A DNA stretch of 64,000 bases from an uncultured Phycisphaerales bacterium (GCA_963755915.1 CAVWLP010000002.1:3936001-4000000), one strand, 5' to 3'; counted from the first letter of the stretch, positions 43,255-53,169 are shown. A program made the numbers and translations. The notes: a model not told the origin generated them from the sequence alone.

Positions 43255-44199
43255 CTAGGGGCGGCCGAGAATGAACTGCTGAAGGTCCAGCGGCAAATCG
43301 ACACTCTGAATGCTTTTCCCACAGGCGGCAAGAAGCATTGAAATCGCGGTTCGAGCGCGATACTCCAAGAGCCGTTGCTCCATGAACGCTTGCTCGGCAA
43401 ATTGCTGTAGCTGACGTTCGCGCCCGGCCAGAAGCCACTTAAGATCCTCGATTGCCGATTTATCTTTGCCCGCCGCGGATTCCGCTGCAACGGCGCTTAA
43501 AAAGAGGTATACCCCGCTACCCCCAAATATGTGTGTGCGGGAAGCGATAGAATTTATTTGACCCTGTATGTTGGCGCGCTCATTCGCCAGCAGTTCCTGA
43601 GAGCGGGCGATGGCGCTGCTCACCTTGACGAACTCACTTAGGGCGCTCAACACGGTCGATACGAGCCGGTTGGCGTTAGGGAAGCTGTCATCGCTTTGAA
43701 AGTCCGCCGCGTCAATCGTGATTGCGGTGAGCAAATCGGCCCTGTTTAAACTTGCGTTGTCAAAGAATTGGATGGACTTGCCGCAGAGGGCCGCAAGTCG
43801 CCTGTTGCCAGAGAGTCCTTCCTCTACTTCCGTCGGCAAGTCGCCTATGGCCTTGAAAACGGCCATCAGTCGGTTTTCTTCGGCCTGCTGTGAAGCGATC
43901 GCCGCGGCCTGGCGCGTGCGCTGGACCTCATCCTCTTTCAATATTCGAGCAGTTCGGGCATTGTCCGCTTCGGCCTGGCGAATGCGCTGAATCGCTGCAT
44001 TAACTTGCGCTAGTGCGGCTGCATAGGTGGGGAGGTCGACAATTTCATCGGCCGTAGCCCCCGCGATGCGTTTAACTTTCCAGCCGTCTCGGACGATCTG
44101 GCGCTCAACATCCTTTTTTGAGCCTGCATTATAGACGATCATCTGCCAACACTGGCTTCCGCACTCTGGATATACTGCCTTAACCCGATATGCGTACAT
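43255..44199 (-). CDS. Hypothetical coiled-coil protein
   Basis: 314-aa ATG-started ORF, helical composition; no family recognised. Confidence 0.6.
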   Translation of the reverse strand: MYAYRVKAVYPECGSQCWQMIVYNAGSKKDVERQIVRDGWKVKRIAGATADEIVDLPTYAAALAQVNAAIQRIRQAEADNARTARILKEDEVQRTRQAAAIASQQAEENRLMAVFKAIGDLPTEVEEGLSGNRRLAALCGKSIQFFDNASLNRADLLTAITIDAADFQSDDSFPNANRLVSTVLSALSEFVKVSSAIARSQELLANERANIQGQINSIASRTHIFGGSGVYLFLSAVAAESAAGKDKSAIEDLKWLLAGRERQLQQFAEQAFMEQRLLEYRARTAISMLLAACGKSIQSVDLPLDLQQFILGRP

Positions 44200-44225
44200 G
44201 GAAATGCCCTCACGTCTGCGCCAGT

Positions 44226-44255
44226 AGCATAACCGAGCATCATAGGCCCGTTCAA
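44226..44255 (-). promoter_or_regulatory. Possible sigma70 promoter for the 43255..44199 gene
   Basis: TTGAAC-N18-TATGCT on the minus strand, about 27 bp upstream of the ATG. Confidence 0.4.
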
Positions 44256-44353
44256 TGTTGCGCGTTAGTTATGAGAATCGGCGGGCGACCGGCGGGTCTT
44301 CCGGGGGGATTGGCCCCCTTTGAGCGGCATTCCCGGTTATCATCGCAACGCCG

Positions 44354-45712
44354 GTGAAAGACCCTTTATATCGAGGCAGTGTTGTGGATCGAACTGATCA
44401 GGCGACCAACCAATCAGAGCAATTCGTATACGAGACTTGCCAGCGCTCATTTCTATCGTTGTGGGCCTGCGTAAATCCGCAGGGCCGAACTCCTCGCAAA
44501 GAGCTTTGCGATATTTTGGTAGTCTTTGATCCCCATGTGATCGTCATCAGTGTTAAGAATATCGCGCTGCGTAGTTTGGGAGATGAATCCGCGAATCGGA
44601 GCCGGTGGGAGCGGAGGGCAATAGACGAATCGGTAAGACAAATTGATGGGGCAATTCGCGCCCTAGGAGATGCCGATCACGTGACGCGGAAAGACGGCAA
44701 GGTGGGACTGCCACTTCCGCCGCCGGGTCGTCGGGTTTACCACCGCGTAGCTATCGCCTTCGGCGGTAGGAGAGAGGTGTCCATAGGGATACGAAGGAAA
44801 GGAGAAGGGCCTTTCGTGCACGTGTTTGACGAGCGGTCGTTTAGCTTACTCTTACGCCATTTAGACACGATCTCCGATTTCGTGGCTTACCTTGAAGATA
44901 AACAAAGGCTTCTTAGTCGCGCCAGCGTGTTGATGACGGGTGGCGAGGAGGATCTTCTCGCCCTTTACCTCCAAGGCGGCGGAAAATTTCCGGACGGCCC
45001 GGATTTTTTTATACTGGCCGACGACCTCTGGGACGAAATACGCGGGAATGCGCAGTTCCTGTCGAAGCTACGATTGGATGAGGATAGTTATGCGTGGGAT
45101 AATCTAATTGAGGCATATTGTGAAAAGGGTTTCGAGGGCGACCATTGGATTGGGCCTGGTATAACTGAGACGGAGCGCGCATTGCGCGTTCTTGCAGCAG
45201 AGAGCCGCTTTTCCAGAAGGTCGTTGGGTCGCTCATTAAAGGAATTTTTGCAGCTCAGTAAGGAAGGAAAGGTTCGAGCAAGGGCGGCGGCTGGATTATC
45301 AGGGGTGCTCTATGTCTTCTTTGCATATCCGTCGGACACTCCCCTTAAGCAAAGACGCGAAATGCTGCTCGTGAGATGTCTTGCCGCCTTAGCGAGGTCA
45401 CCGCGGGCTCGCGTTGTGGTGGGGATTGGATTGAATGTGCCCGGCGAGCCTGTCGTAGAGACCTACAGTCTCGAATTGACCATGGTGGAGCCGGGCGTAG
45501 GGGCCCTACGAAAGAAACTCATAAAGCACGGCGAAAAAATACAGCAGGAGCTCGGCTACTTTAGATATCCGAAAGAAACGCACCTTTTCGAGAACAAATA
45601 TCCTCTCGTAACCAGACACCGCGCAGAGCGCGAAAATCGCGTCGCGACTCAGGCCAAAGTCCCAAGGGAAAATAGGTTGGGGCCTGGTGGGGGACGCTTC
45701 GCGAGGGGTTAG
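44354..45712 (+). CDS. NERD-like / PD-(D/E)xK-type hypothetical protein
   Basis: SE..V...C..SFLSLW...NP...KELCDILVVFD.HVIVISVK...W.R.AI..S..QI.GA. Confidence 0.6.
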   Translation: MKDPLYRGSVVDRTDQATNQSEQFVYETCQRSFLSLWACVNPQGRTPRKELCDILVVFDPHVIVISVKNIALRSLGDESANRSRWERRAIDESVRQIDGAIRALGDADHVTRKDGKVGLPLPPPGRRVYHRVAIAFGGRREVSIGIRRKGEGPFVHVFDERSFSLLLRHLDTISDFVAYLEDKQRLLSRASVLMTGGEEDLLALYLQGGGKFPDGPDFFILADDLWDEIRGNAQFLSKLRLDEDSYAWDNLIEAYCEKGFEGDHWIGPGITETERALRVLAAESRFSRRSLGRSLKEFLQLSKEGKVRARAAAGLSGVLYVFFAYPSDTPLKQRREMLLVRCLAALARSPRARVVVGIGLNVPGEPVVETYSLELTMVEPGVGALRKKLIKHGEKIQQELGYFRYPKETHLFENKYPLVTRHRAERENRVATQAKVPRENRLGPGGGRFARG

Positions 45713-45848
45713 AGGGCTGGAAAGCGGAAAGCAGCGCGGGCTAATTCCCATCCGCGAAATCCGTGATCCGGCGCTTTGCGAGAAAGTAGAAGGTGGCGGC
45801 TTTGAGTTGGAGGGCGAGGGAAGTGGAACAAATCGGTGCGCTCGGCTC

Positions 45849-46249
45849 TTAGAACAGCGTGTTAAAGCCAGCAGCCTTGAAATGGCGGTCGTTGGTGAAG
45901 ACGTCGGTGATGCCGAGGCGGCGCATGACGATGATCGAGACGTGATCAACAATGCCGGCATCGGCGGCATCGCCGCGTGTGTACGCCGCCCAAGCCTCCT
46001 CCCAGTCCTGCGGCGTCGGTACGATCAGTTGTCCTGCAGATTCCATCGCACTGCGGGTTTGAGCGACGAATTGGCGATACGGGCGTCGGGCTGCGGCGTT
46101 GCCGCATTCGGCGAAGACGAAAGTCGTACTCACCGTTCGATCTCCGCGCCGACAAACTTGCTATAGGCGGTATGGGCGGCCTCATGCCATTGATCGGTTT
46201 GGTCCCACTGGGCGAGCAACCCGACCGTGTCGAGAAAGACGGTGCTCAT
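45849..46249 (-). CDS. vapC: PIN-domain VapC toxin; frameshift near 46140
   Basis: VFLDT, E.GN, VD..S...M and FTND.HF..AGF. Confidence 0.85.
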
Positions 46250-46458
46250 GGCTGGTGCTCGTTATGGCGCCCAGCGACATCGGTTTGGCCGGACGGGGCC
46301 GATTGGCCGAGTAGCTCGTAAATGCGCTGCTGAGCCGCTGTATCCGTATCGTCGGGTCCGAGGATCTTAGGGTCGAACTCGACCCGGGATTTTTCGGGTA
46401 TTTTGACCGGCTCGATGGGCCGGAAGACGCCGTTCTCGTAGATTGCTCTTACCGTCAT
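46246..46458 (-). CDS. Antitoxin, AF2212/DUF104-like
   Basis: RAIYENGVFRP.EPV..PE; ATGA overlap with the PIN gene. Confidence 0.85.
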   Translation of the reverse strand: MTVRAIYENGVFRPIEPVKIPEKSRVEFDPKILGPDDTDTAAQQRIYELLGQSAPSGQTDVAGRHNEHQP

Positions 46459-46782
46459 ACTTTCGCCTCCGGGACATCGGTGGATGTCGTTAAGAAGTGT
46501 ACCCCCGCGAGTTGTCAGTTGCGAGTCGCCAGTTGCGAGTTGCCGCTGCGAGCGGGCTATCTCCTATTCGCGAAATCCGCGTAATCCGTGGTCCGGCACT
46601 TCGCGAGAAAGTAGAGGTGGAGAAAGTCGAAAGTAGACAGGGCTAATTCCCATCCAGGAAAATGTTACACCCCACGTTTATTGAAAACCAACCAAACCCC
46701 GCGCAACCACCTCCCGCACCCAGACTTAAATCAAAATGAGTTAGCATATACTCACTAATTCGCCGAAAACGTAACAAAACGT

Positions 46783-48273
46783 CATTGCCGTTCGGTACAC
46801 GATTCGCTTGTTGCCGATTCTTGCGCTTGCGCAACGCGCTATGGTATGTCAGCATAGGGGTTGGTGCTGGAACTTCAGATCAAGGATGTTCCGTTTGGGC
46901 TGCTCACTCGCGTGTTGCCGCTGCTGGATCGGCTCCATGAGGTTGGAACCGAGCGCGACACGGCCGGCAATCGACAACTCTTCTTCGACGACTACGTCAA
47001 GCTCGTTCTAGTCTACCTCATCACGCCGATGATCGAATCGATCAGCGGCCTGCAGCGCACCATGGAACTGCCGCGACTGGCCAAACAACTGGGCATCAAG
47101 GATTTTTCCAAAGCCAGTTTCTCAGAGGCGCCCGTGGTCTTCCAGCCGCGGGAGTTGATCCGGGTGATTGAAGAGCTGACCGGCGATTTACACCGGTTGC
47201 CTCGCGATCCGCGACTGGCCGATATCCACCACGCCATCACGCTCGTGGACGGGACGCTGATCAAGGCATTGCCCAGGCTCATCGAGACGCTCTACAACGC
47301 CAAACGGCGTTGTCTCACCCCAGCCCGCTGTACCGGGCAAGAAGCGCCCGACGCCGGGGCTTATCACGCCTGGCGCATTCACACCCTGCTGGACCTGGAC
47401 ACGATGGTTCCGCAACGGGTGCGTCTGACCGGTGGAAGCCCGCGCGGCTCGAACAACGAACGACGCGTGCTGGAGGCGATGCTGGAGCCGGGCCGGCTCT
47501 ACGTCGCCGACCGTGGCTACTTCGACAAGCCGCTGATAAACCGCATCGTCCAGGCCCACAGCCTTTATGTCTTTCGCGCCATCGACGACCTGAAGTACCA
47601 AGTGGTCGAGGAACGCAAGCTCAGTGCCCAGGCGATTGAGGAGGGCGTGATCCGCGACGCGGTGGTGCGGTTGGAAGGCCTGGATCACCCGACGCGGCTG
47701 GTGGTCGTGAAGGCCGAGGTTCATGCCAAACGCACCCGCAAAGGTTACGTCCCCAGCAGCGGACAGATGAGGTTCCTGTGTCCGGACCTGGTACTGGCGC
47801 CGGAGCTGATCTCGATCTTGTATCGCTACCGCTGGACCATCGAGACCTTTTTCAAATTCATGAAACAACTGCTGGGGTGCCGCCATTTACTGAGCCAGCG
47901 CAAGACCGGCGTGGAGATCCAGATCTACTGCGCGGTGATCGTGTGCATGCTGCTGAATCTGACCACCGGGTTGAAGCCGGCCAGGGCCGTCATGGAACGG
48001 ATCATGTGGTATCTGCTGGGCTTTGCCGATGTTCAGGACGTCCAGCGGCAGATTGAAAGAACGCGGCGGGAGCAGGAGGCCCGCGCCAAAAAACGAGGCC
48101 ATTAATTCCGGCTGCGTTCTCGAGTTCGCTGGCCGGCGGTTGATGCTGCGCGCTACTCAACCCCCCATTCGCCCCCGCATCGGTTCTCAAGCAGAATGAT
48201 CTGCCGCATCGCTCCCCCAGCCGAATGGTTGCCGATTTTCCCCTAGCCGCAAACAAAGTACCGAACGACAATG
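46783..48273 (+). mobile_element. IS4-family element A
   Basis: TIRs CATTGCCGTTCGGTAC / GTACCGAACGACAATG; no clear TSD. Confidence 0.85.
46861..48105 (+). CDS. IS4-family DDE transposase
   Basis: LVDGT, YVADRGY and YRYRWTIETFFK (YREK motif). Confidence 0.95.
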   Translation: MVLELQIKDVPFGLLTRVLPLLDRLHEVGTERDTAGNRQLFFDDYVKLVLVYLITPMIESISGLQRTMELPRLAKQLGIKDFSKASFSEAPVVFQPRELIRVIEELTGDLHRLPRDPRLADIHHAITLVDGTLIKALPRLIETLYNAKRRCLTPARCTGQEAPDAGAYHAWRIHTLLDLDTMVPQRVRLTGGSPRGSNNERRVLEAMLEPGRLYVADRGYFDKPLINRIVQAHSLYVFRAIDDLKYQVVEERKLSAQAIEEGVIRDAVVRLEGLDHPTRLVVVKAEVHAKRTRKGYVPSSGQMRFLCPDLVLAPELISILYRYRWTIETFFKFMKQLLGCRHLLSQRKTGVEIQIYCAVIVCMLLNLTTGLKPARAVMERIMWYLLGFADVQDVQRQIERTRREQEARAKKRGH

Positions 48274-48295
48274 ACATTATGTAACATCCGCAATA

Positions 48296-48369
48296 CGTAG
48301 GGTGGGTGTACTCGCCCACCATTTTCGGCGATCGGCAGACCAAACGGTGGGCGAGTACGCCCACTTACG
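48296..48369. repeat. GTAG-type REP doublet hairpin between the two IS4 units
   Basis: CGTAGGGTGGGTGTACTCGCCCACC ... GGTGGGCGAGTACGCCCACTTACG. Confidence 0.8.
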
Positions 48370-48408
48370 ACTAATCCGCCGAAAACGTAAAAAAACGTAA
48401 AATTATGT

Positions 48409-49898
48409 TAATCCCGTTCGGCACGGGGTTCGCGCAAGCAGCAAGATATTGAGATTGCGCCTTTGATCTTTTTATGGCATGCTGCCGGACGTGCAGGCAA
48501 GACTGAAGGAAAAAGAGATCCTGTGCCTCGGACATCTGCGGCGCAGTCTTCGCGCTGCTGCCCACGCTGCGGGATGTGGGCTGTGAGCGGGATCGAGCCG
48601 GGAACCGCCAGCTTCACTTCGACGATTATTGCAAGCTGGTTTTGCTTTACACCTGGAATCCGCTGATCCAATCCCTGCGGGATCTTCAGGAGGTTGCTGA
48701 ACTGCCCAAGGTGGCCAAGGCGCTGGGAATTAAGCGTTTTTCCGTGGGCAGTTTCTCTGAATCGGTTCGGGTGTTCGAGCCGGGGCGTTTGACGCCGCTG
48801 ATTGAGGAATTGGCGGGGGAACTGCCCCAGGCGCCCGATCCGCGTCTTGCGGACTTTGGGCAGGCGATCACGCTGGTCGACGGGACGGTGCTGACGGCGC
48901 TGAGTCGGCTGGCCAAATCCGCTTGCGGCATCGATGCGCACTACAACACCTCCCGGGACGGGAAAGCGGTCTATGGCTGGCGTTTGCACGTTCAATTCGA
49001 TCTGGAGACGTTCAAAGTCCATCGCCTCGACCGCACTGGCGCTCGCAACGCGGGGGCCAACCGTGAAAACAACGTCCTGCGGCGCAGCCTGGAAGCAGGA
49101 CGGTGCTATGTAGGAGACGGCGGCTACGCCGACCGGAGCCTCTTTGCGGACATCGCCGCGGCGCAAAGCTCCTTTGTGATGCGGGCCGCGGAAAACTCGG
49201 TGTTTGAGCTGTTTGAAGAACGATTGCTTTCACAGGAAGCATTGGACGGCGGCGTGGTGCGAGACGCGCTGGTGAAACTCGACGGCCTGGAGACGGCGGC
49301 GGATAGGGTGGTGCGACGGGTGGAAGTGCAGGTGAAACCCCATCCGCGCCGCACGCGCAGCGGCAACAAGCCGACGGACCTGATCATCCTGTACACGAAC
49401 CTGCTGGACCTGCCGGCGGAATTGATCGCCCTGATTTATCTGTACCGCTACACCGTTGAGTTGTTCTTCCGGATCTTCAAGCAACTGCTGGGCATGCGTC
49501 ACCTGCTGAGCCAACGCCAGGAGGGGATCGACATCCAAATCCACTGGCGCTGATCGTCTGCGTGCTGATTCAGCTGATCAGCGGCAGGAAGCCGAACAAG
49601 GCGATGCGGAACATGATCGGCTGGTATCTGCTGGGGCTGGCCGAGGAACAGGACGTGCTTCGATTCCTGAACAAGCCGGATAACACCGGGATTAAGCTGA
49701 GGGCAAGAGCGGAGGCCTTGAAAAAACTGGGAGTAAACTGAAGGGGAATCCGTCGCCGCGGAGACCTCGCGGTTGATGCTGCGCTCTTGCGGACGCCGGC
49801 GTGCAGCAGGGGAAAGTAAAAGTATCTAAGCTTCAATTGTTTCGCGTCCTCCACAGCTTTGGAATGCTCCGATGAAGCCTGCGTGCCGAACGGGATTA
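48409..49898 (+). mobile_element. IS4-family element B
   Basis: Perfect 17-bp TIR TAATCCCGTTCGGCACG and 9-bp TSD AAATTATGT. Confidence 0.9.
48479..49741 (+). CDS. IS4-family DDE transposase; frameshifts near 48545 and 49546
   Basis: RDRAGNRQL.FDDY.KL, LVDGT, YVGDGGY and YLYRYTVELFFR. Confidence 0.9.
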
Positions 49899-50048
49899 AA
49901 ATTATGTAACATCCGCAATACGCGGCAGCCGGAAGCTGCCGGGCGGTACCCCGCAAAACCCTAGGGAGGAAGCCATGCGGTGGCTGGACGCCACCGCGAG
50001 CGGTACCCCGCATGGGCCGGATGCCCGGACCTTATAGCAACCGGAGGA

Positions 50049-50819
50049 TCACAGTTGTGGCATGACAATGGGATGCGGCGCATCCCCATAGCGCACCAGC
50101 GGCAGCGCGTAAACGGGCGAAAGAACTTCCGCCCGCAGCACCTGATCCGGCGCCGCCGCGGCCGCGACGCGGCCTTCGTGCAGCAGGATCATTCGATCCG
50201 CAAACGCCCCCGCGATGTTGAGCTCATGGCTGGCGACCAGCACCCCCAGCGAGTTTTCCCTGGCCAATTTACGCAGGATTTGCCACAGGTCGATCTGGTG
50301 ACGCAAGTCCAGGAAAGTGTTCGGTTCATCCAGCAGCAGGGCAGCCGGCTGCTGGGTAAGGCAACGGCCGATGAAGACCCGTTGCCGCTGGCCGCCCGAC
50401 ATTTGGTCCATGGGGCGCTCCAGCACATCTTCCAATGCCAGCGTGCGGGCGACTTCAAGGGTGATCTTCTCATCCGCGCTGGATTCGAGTCCAAACGGCC
50501 CCCATCGCGCCGCCCGCCCCAGCCGCAGCACCTCGGCGACGGTCTGCCCCGCCTCGTGCCGCGGCGATTGGGGGAGATAAGCAACGATCCGGGCCAAGTC
50601 GCGCAGACGCCAATCGGCCAGAGGTTTTTCCTGCCAGAGAATCTGACCGCCCGCGGGGAGGTGGCCGAGGAGGGTTTTGATGAGCGTGCTTTTGCCGCTG
50701 CCGTTGGGACCGATGATGGCGACGATCTCGCCAGGCTCCAGGGTCACAGAAACATTGCGGAGGGCCGGGCGATCGCCGTAGGAGAAGCAAAGATCGGCAG
50801 CGAATAGAAGCTGTTTCAT
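50049..50819 (-). CDS. ABC transporter ATP-binding protein (FecE/BtuD-like)
   Basis: GPNGSGKST, MSGGQRQR, LLLDEP and SHELN. Confidence 0.95.
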   Translation of the reverse strand: MKQLLFAADLCFSYGDRPALRNVSVTLEPGEIVAIIGPNGSGKSTLIKTLLGHLPAGGQILWQEKPLADWRLRDLARIVAYLPQSPRHEAGQTVAEVLRLGRAARWGPFGLESSADEKITLEVARTLALEDVLERPMDQMSGGQRQRVFIGRCLTQQPAALLLDEPNTFLDLRHQIDLWQILRKLARENSLGVLVASHELNIAGAFADRMILLHEGRVAAAAAPDQVLRAEVLSPVYALPLVRYGDAPHPIVMPQL

Positions 50820-50972
50820 AACCTCGCGCGGCCGCTGCTTGCGTCTGGCGAACGCTGGCGGCGTTGCTCCTCCTCCCCATATTTCCGGTCATCAATATTG
50901 GTCGTCGTCGCGCCTTGCCAGCCTTCGCCACCCGCGGCGCATCGGGTCGCGGGAGGTTATGAAAGAGCTTCT
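50806..50972. mobile_element. MITE (~165 bp) with ~29-bp imperfect TIRs and a TAG duplication
   Basis: AGAAGCTGTTTCATAACCTCGCGCGG ... TCGCGGGAGGTTATGAAAGAGCTTCT; TAG at 50805 and 50973. Confidence 0.8.
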
Positions 50973-50980
50973 TAGGAGCT

Positions 50981-52402
50981 TCATTCGCGCAGCTTTTTCA
51001 TCCGCGCCTGGACGTCCTTGTAATTGAAATCCCACTGCGCGACCTTGCTGTAATGCTGGATGGCTTCCGGCTTCATCGCCTTTTCTTCCAGGATCCGGCC
51101 GCGCTGGTAATACATTTCCTTCGATCGGTCGTCGCCGGTGGTCGGATAATCCTTGATCAGGCCCGAAAGGGTGTCATCCGCTTCATCGAGGAACTTGGCC
51201 TGGTAGAAGGACATTGCCAAAAGCAGACCGGCGTCGAAACGGAATTTGGGGTCCTGCCTGGCGTGCTGCAGGATGGGGATCGCCTCCTGAAACCGCTGAA
51301 GGCTATAGAGTCGCCGTCCGGCCTCGATGCGCCAGCGCATTTCGGTGGGATATGCGTCGGCGGCCATCTGGTATTCCTTCAGCTCAAAATCGAGCTGCTC
51401 GCGGCGGAAATCGGTGTAGTCCTTGCGCAGCTCTTCGTTGTCGCGGTCCTTGATCAGGGCTTCGCGCTTGCTGCGTTCCATCCGGTTGAGCTGCCTCATC
51501 TGGATCGTGCCGATGCGCTGGCGGTAGCGATATTGCTTGGTTTTGTCGTACCAGTCCTGGAGAACGTCGATGGCTTTTGATTCGAAATCGGAATGCTCGG
51601 TTTTTTCGTAGGCGTCGACCAGCCGCATCGCCTTGCCGGGGTCGTTGGGCTCCGCCTTGGCGTCCGATTCCGCCTGGTGGATGATAGCCTGCTGGGCGTC
51701 GAGGTCGGCAAAATCCTTGTCGCCGGTCATCAGCATCTGCTGTTTGTTCATGTCCCGGATCTGATCGCGGAAGCTGCCGCCCTTGGAGTAGCCGGCCGAT
51801 TCCATGGTGTCCATGGCGCCGAGGTTTTTCAGCTCGGTGGAGAGGTCCATATCGTGCGGCCGGAGCCTGAGGGCGTACTGGCAGGCATCCGCCGCCAGCT
51901 TCCATCGCTTCAGGCCCTTGTAGACGTCGCGGAGCACGATGAACTTGCTGAACTCCGGCTTTCGATCGTCGGCGTTGGCCTTCTGGAAGATGGGGCCAAC
52001 CCACAGCACCGTGTCCCAGTATCCCCCGCGGTAGGCGCTTTGCAGAAGCGACTGCATGTGATCCGTGTTGCCCGGATCAAACGAGAGGAGCTTCTCGGCG
52101 TTGAGCATGTTGGTCTGGTCGTCGCTGGTCGGGCGCTTCATCTTCATGGCTTCGAGGAAGCCCATCGCCTTTCCGCCGCTGGCTTTGCGTTTGAGGGAAA
52201 TATCGCGCAATTCCTGGTGCGCCCCGGTTTCGTCCGGGTCCAGCTCGAACCCGCTGATATACATGGAGATCGCGTATTCGTAATTGCCAGTGCCGGCGAC
52301 CGTTTTCCCCCGCTCGAAGAAAACTTTGGCCTTGTCGCGGTCTGCTTGTGGAACCTCTTTGTATTCTGCCACTTGATCTATCCTCAGGACCGACCGGTTC
52401 AA
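50981..52402 (-). CDS. Tetratricopeptide-repeat protein
   Basis: TPR-like helices; C-terminal A...YSKVAQWDFNYKDV..R. Confidence 0.8.
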   Translation of the reverse strand: MNRSVLRIDQVAEYKEVPQADRDKAKVFFERGKTVAGTGNYEYAISMYISGFELDPDETGAHQELRDISLKRKASGGKAMGFLEAMKMKRPTSDDQTNMLNAEKLLSFDPGNTDHMQSLLQSAYRGGYWDTVLWVGPIFQKANADDRKPEFSKFIVLRDVYKGLKRWKLAADACQYALRLRPHDMDLSTELKNLGAMDTMESAGYSKGGSFRDQIRDMNKQQMLMTGDKDFADLDAQQAIIHQAESDAKAEPNDPGKAMRLVDAYEKTEHSDFESKAIDVLQDWYDKTKQYRYRQRIGTIQMRQLNRMERSKREALIKDRDNEELRKDYTDFRREQLDFELKEYQMAADAYPTEMRWRIEAGRRLYSLQRFQEAIPILQHARQDPKFRFDAGLLLAMSFYQAKFLDEADDTLSGLIKDYPTTGDDRSKEMYYQRGRILEEKAMKPEAIQHYSKVAQWDFNYKDVQARMKKLRE

Positions 52403-52528
52403 GACGGGTAACGTACTGCTGCTTCCCGACTTGAATCTATCCGAGTCTGGTTGAACCTGTCAATAAATTCATCTACTGTTTAGTCGGCAGGATATTATGC
52501 AATTGCGGCAAATGAATCGAGCGGGCCA

Positions 52529-53074
52529 ATGCCGGACGAACTGAAAATAATTTCCTACCCCGATCCCCGCCTGCGCAAGGTGAGCGTGCCGGTAAAGGCT
52601 TTTGATGAGAACCTTGGCAATCTGGCAAAGCGCATGCTGGAGCTGATGCGCGAGGCGCGTGGCGTCGGTCTTGCCGCGCCACAAGTTGGGAAAAATGTCC
52701 GGCTTTTCGTGACCAATCACACCGGTAAACCTGAAGATGATCGGATTTATGTCAATCCCGTCGTCTTCGACGCCGAGGGGGATGAAACGTCTTCGGAGGG
52801 GTGTCTGAGCCTGCCCACTATCAACGTCGACGTGGCGCGGGCCAAGTCGGCGAAGATCAAAGCCTTCGACCTGGAGGGAAAGCCGTTCGAGCAGACGGAA
52901 ACCGGCTATGTTGCCCGGATCTGGCAGCACGAGCTGGACCATCTCAACGGGGTGCTGATCATCGACCATGCCGGCCCGACTGCGAAGATGGAGAATCGCA
53001 AGGTTTTGAAGGAGTTGGAAGAGAAATTCGAGGCCCAGCGCGGGGAATTGCAAAATCGCAAGAGCAGCAAGTAA
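52529..53074 (+). CDS. def: Peptide deformylase
   Basis: GVGLAAPQVG, EGCLS and QHELDHLNG. Confidence 0.97.
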   Translation: MPDELKIISYPDPRLRKVSVPVKAFDENLGNLAKRMLELMREARGVGLAAPQVGKNVRLFVTNHTGKPEDDRIYVNPVVFDAEGDETSSEGCLSLPTINVDVARAKSAKIKAFDLEGKPFEQTETGYVARIWQHELDHLNGVLIIDHAGPTAKMENRKVLKELEEKFEAQRGELQNRKSSK

Positions 53075-53111
53075 AGGAGTTCGCGGTCAGGACTCTAAGC
53101 TGAAAAGATGA

Positions 53112-53151
53112 CCCCCTCCCTAGCCCTCCCCCGGATTACCGGGGGCGGGGA
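53112..53151. repeat. REP-like palindrome between def and fmt
   Basis: CCCCTCCCTAGCCCTCCCCCCGGATTACCGGGGGCGGGGA. Confidence 0.7.
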
Positions 53152-53169
53152 CACAGGAGCAGTGAATTA

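Noticed and set aside
44224-44273. attC or Xer site (GCATAAC...GTTAGTT; TTATGCTACT)
   Set aside because: Too short and poorly paired for attC, and better explained as a -35/-10 promoter
39900-50040. Integron cassette array or prophage
   Set aside because: No integrase, no convincing attC sites, mixed gene orientations and no phage genes
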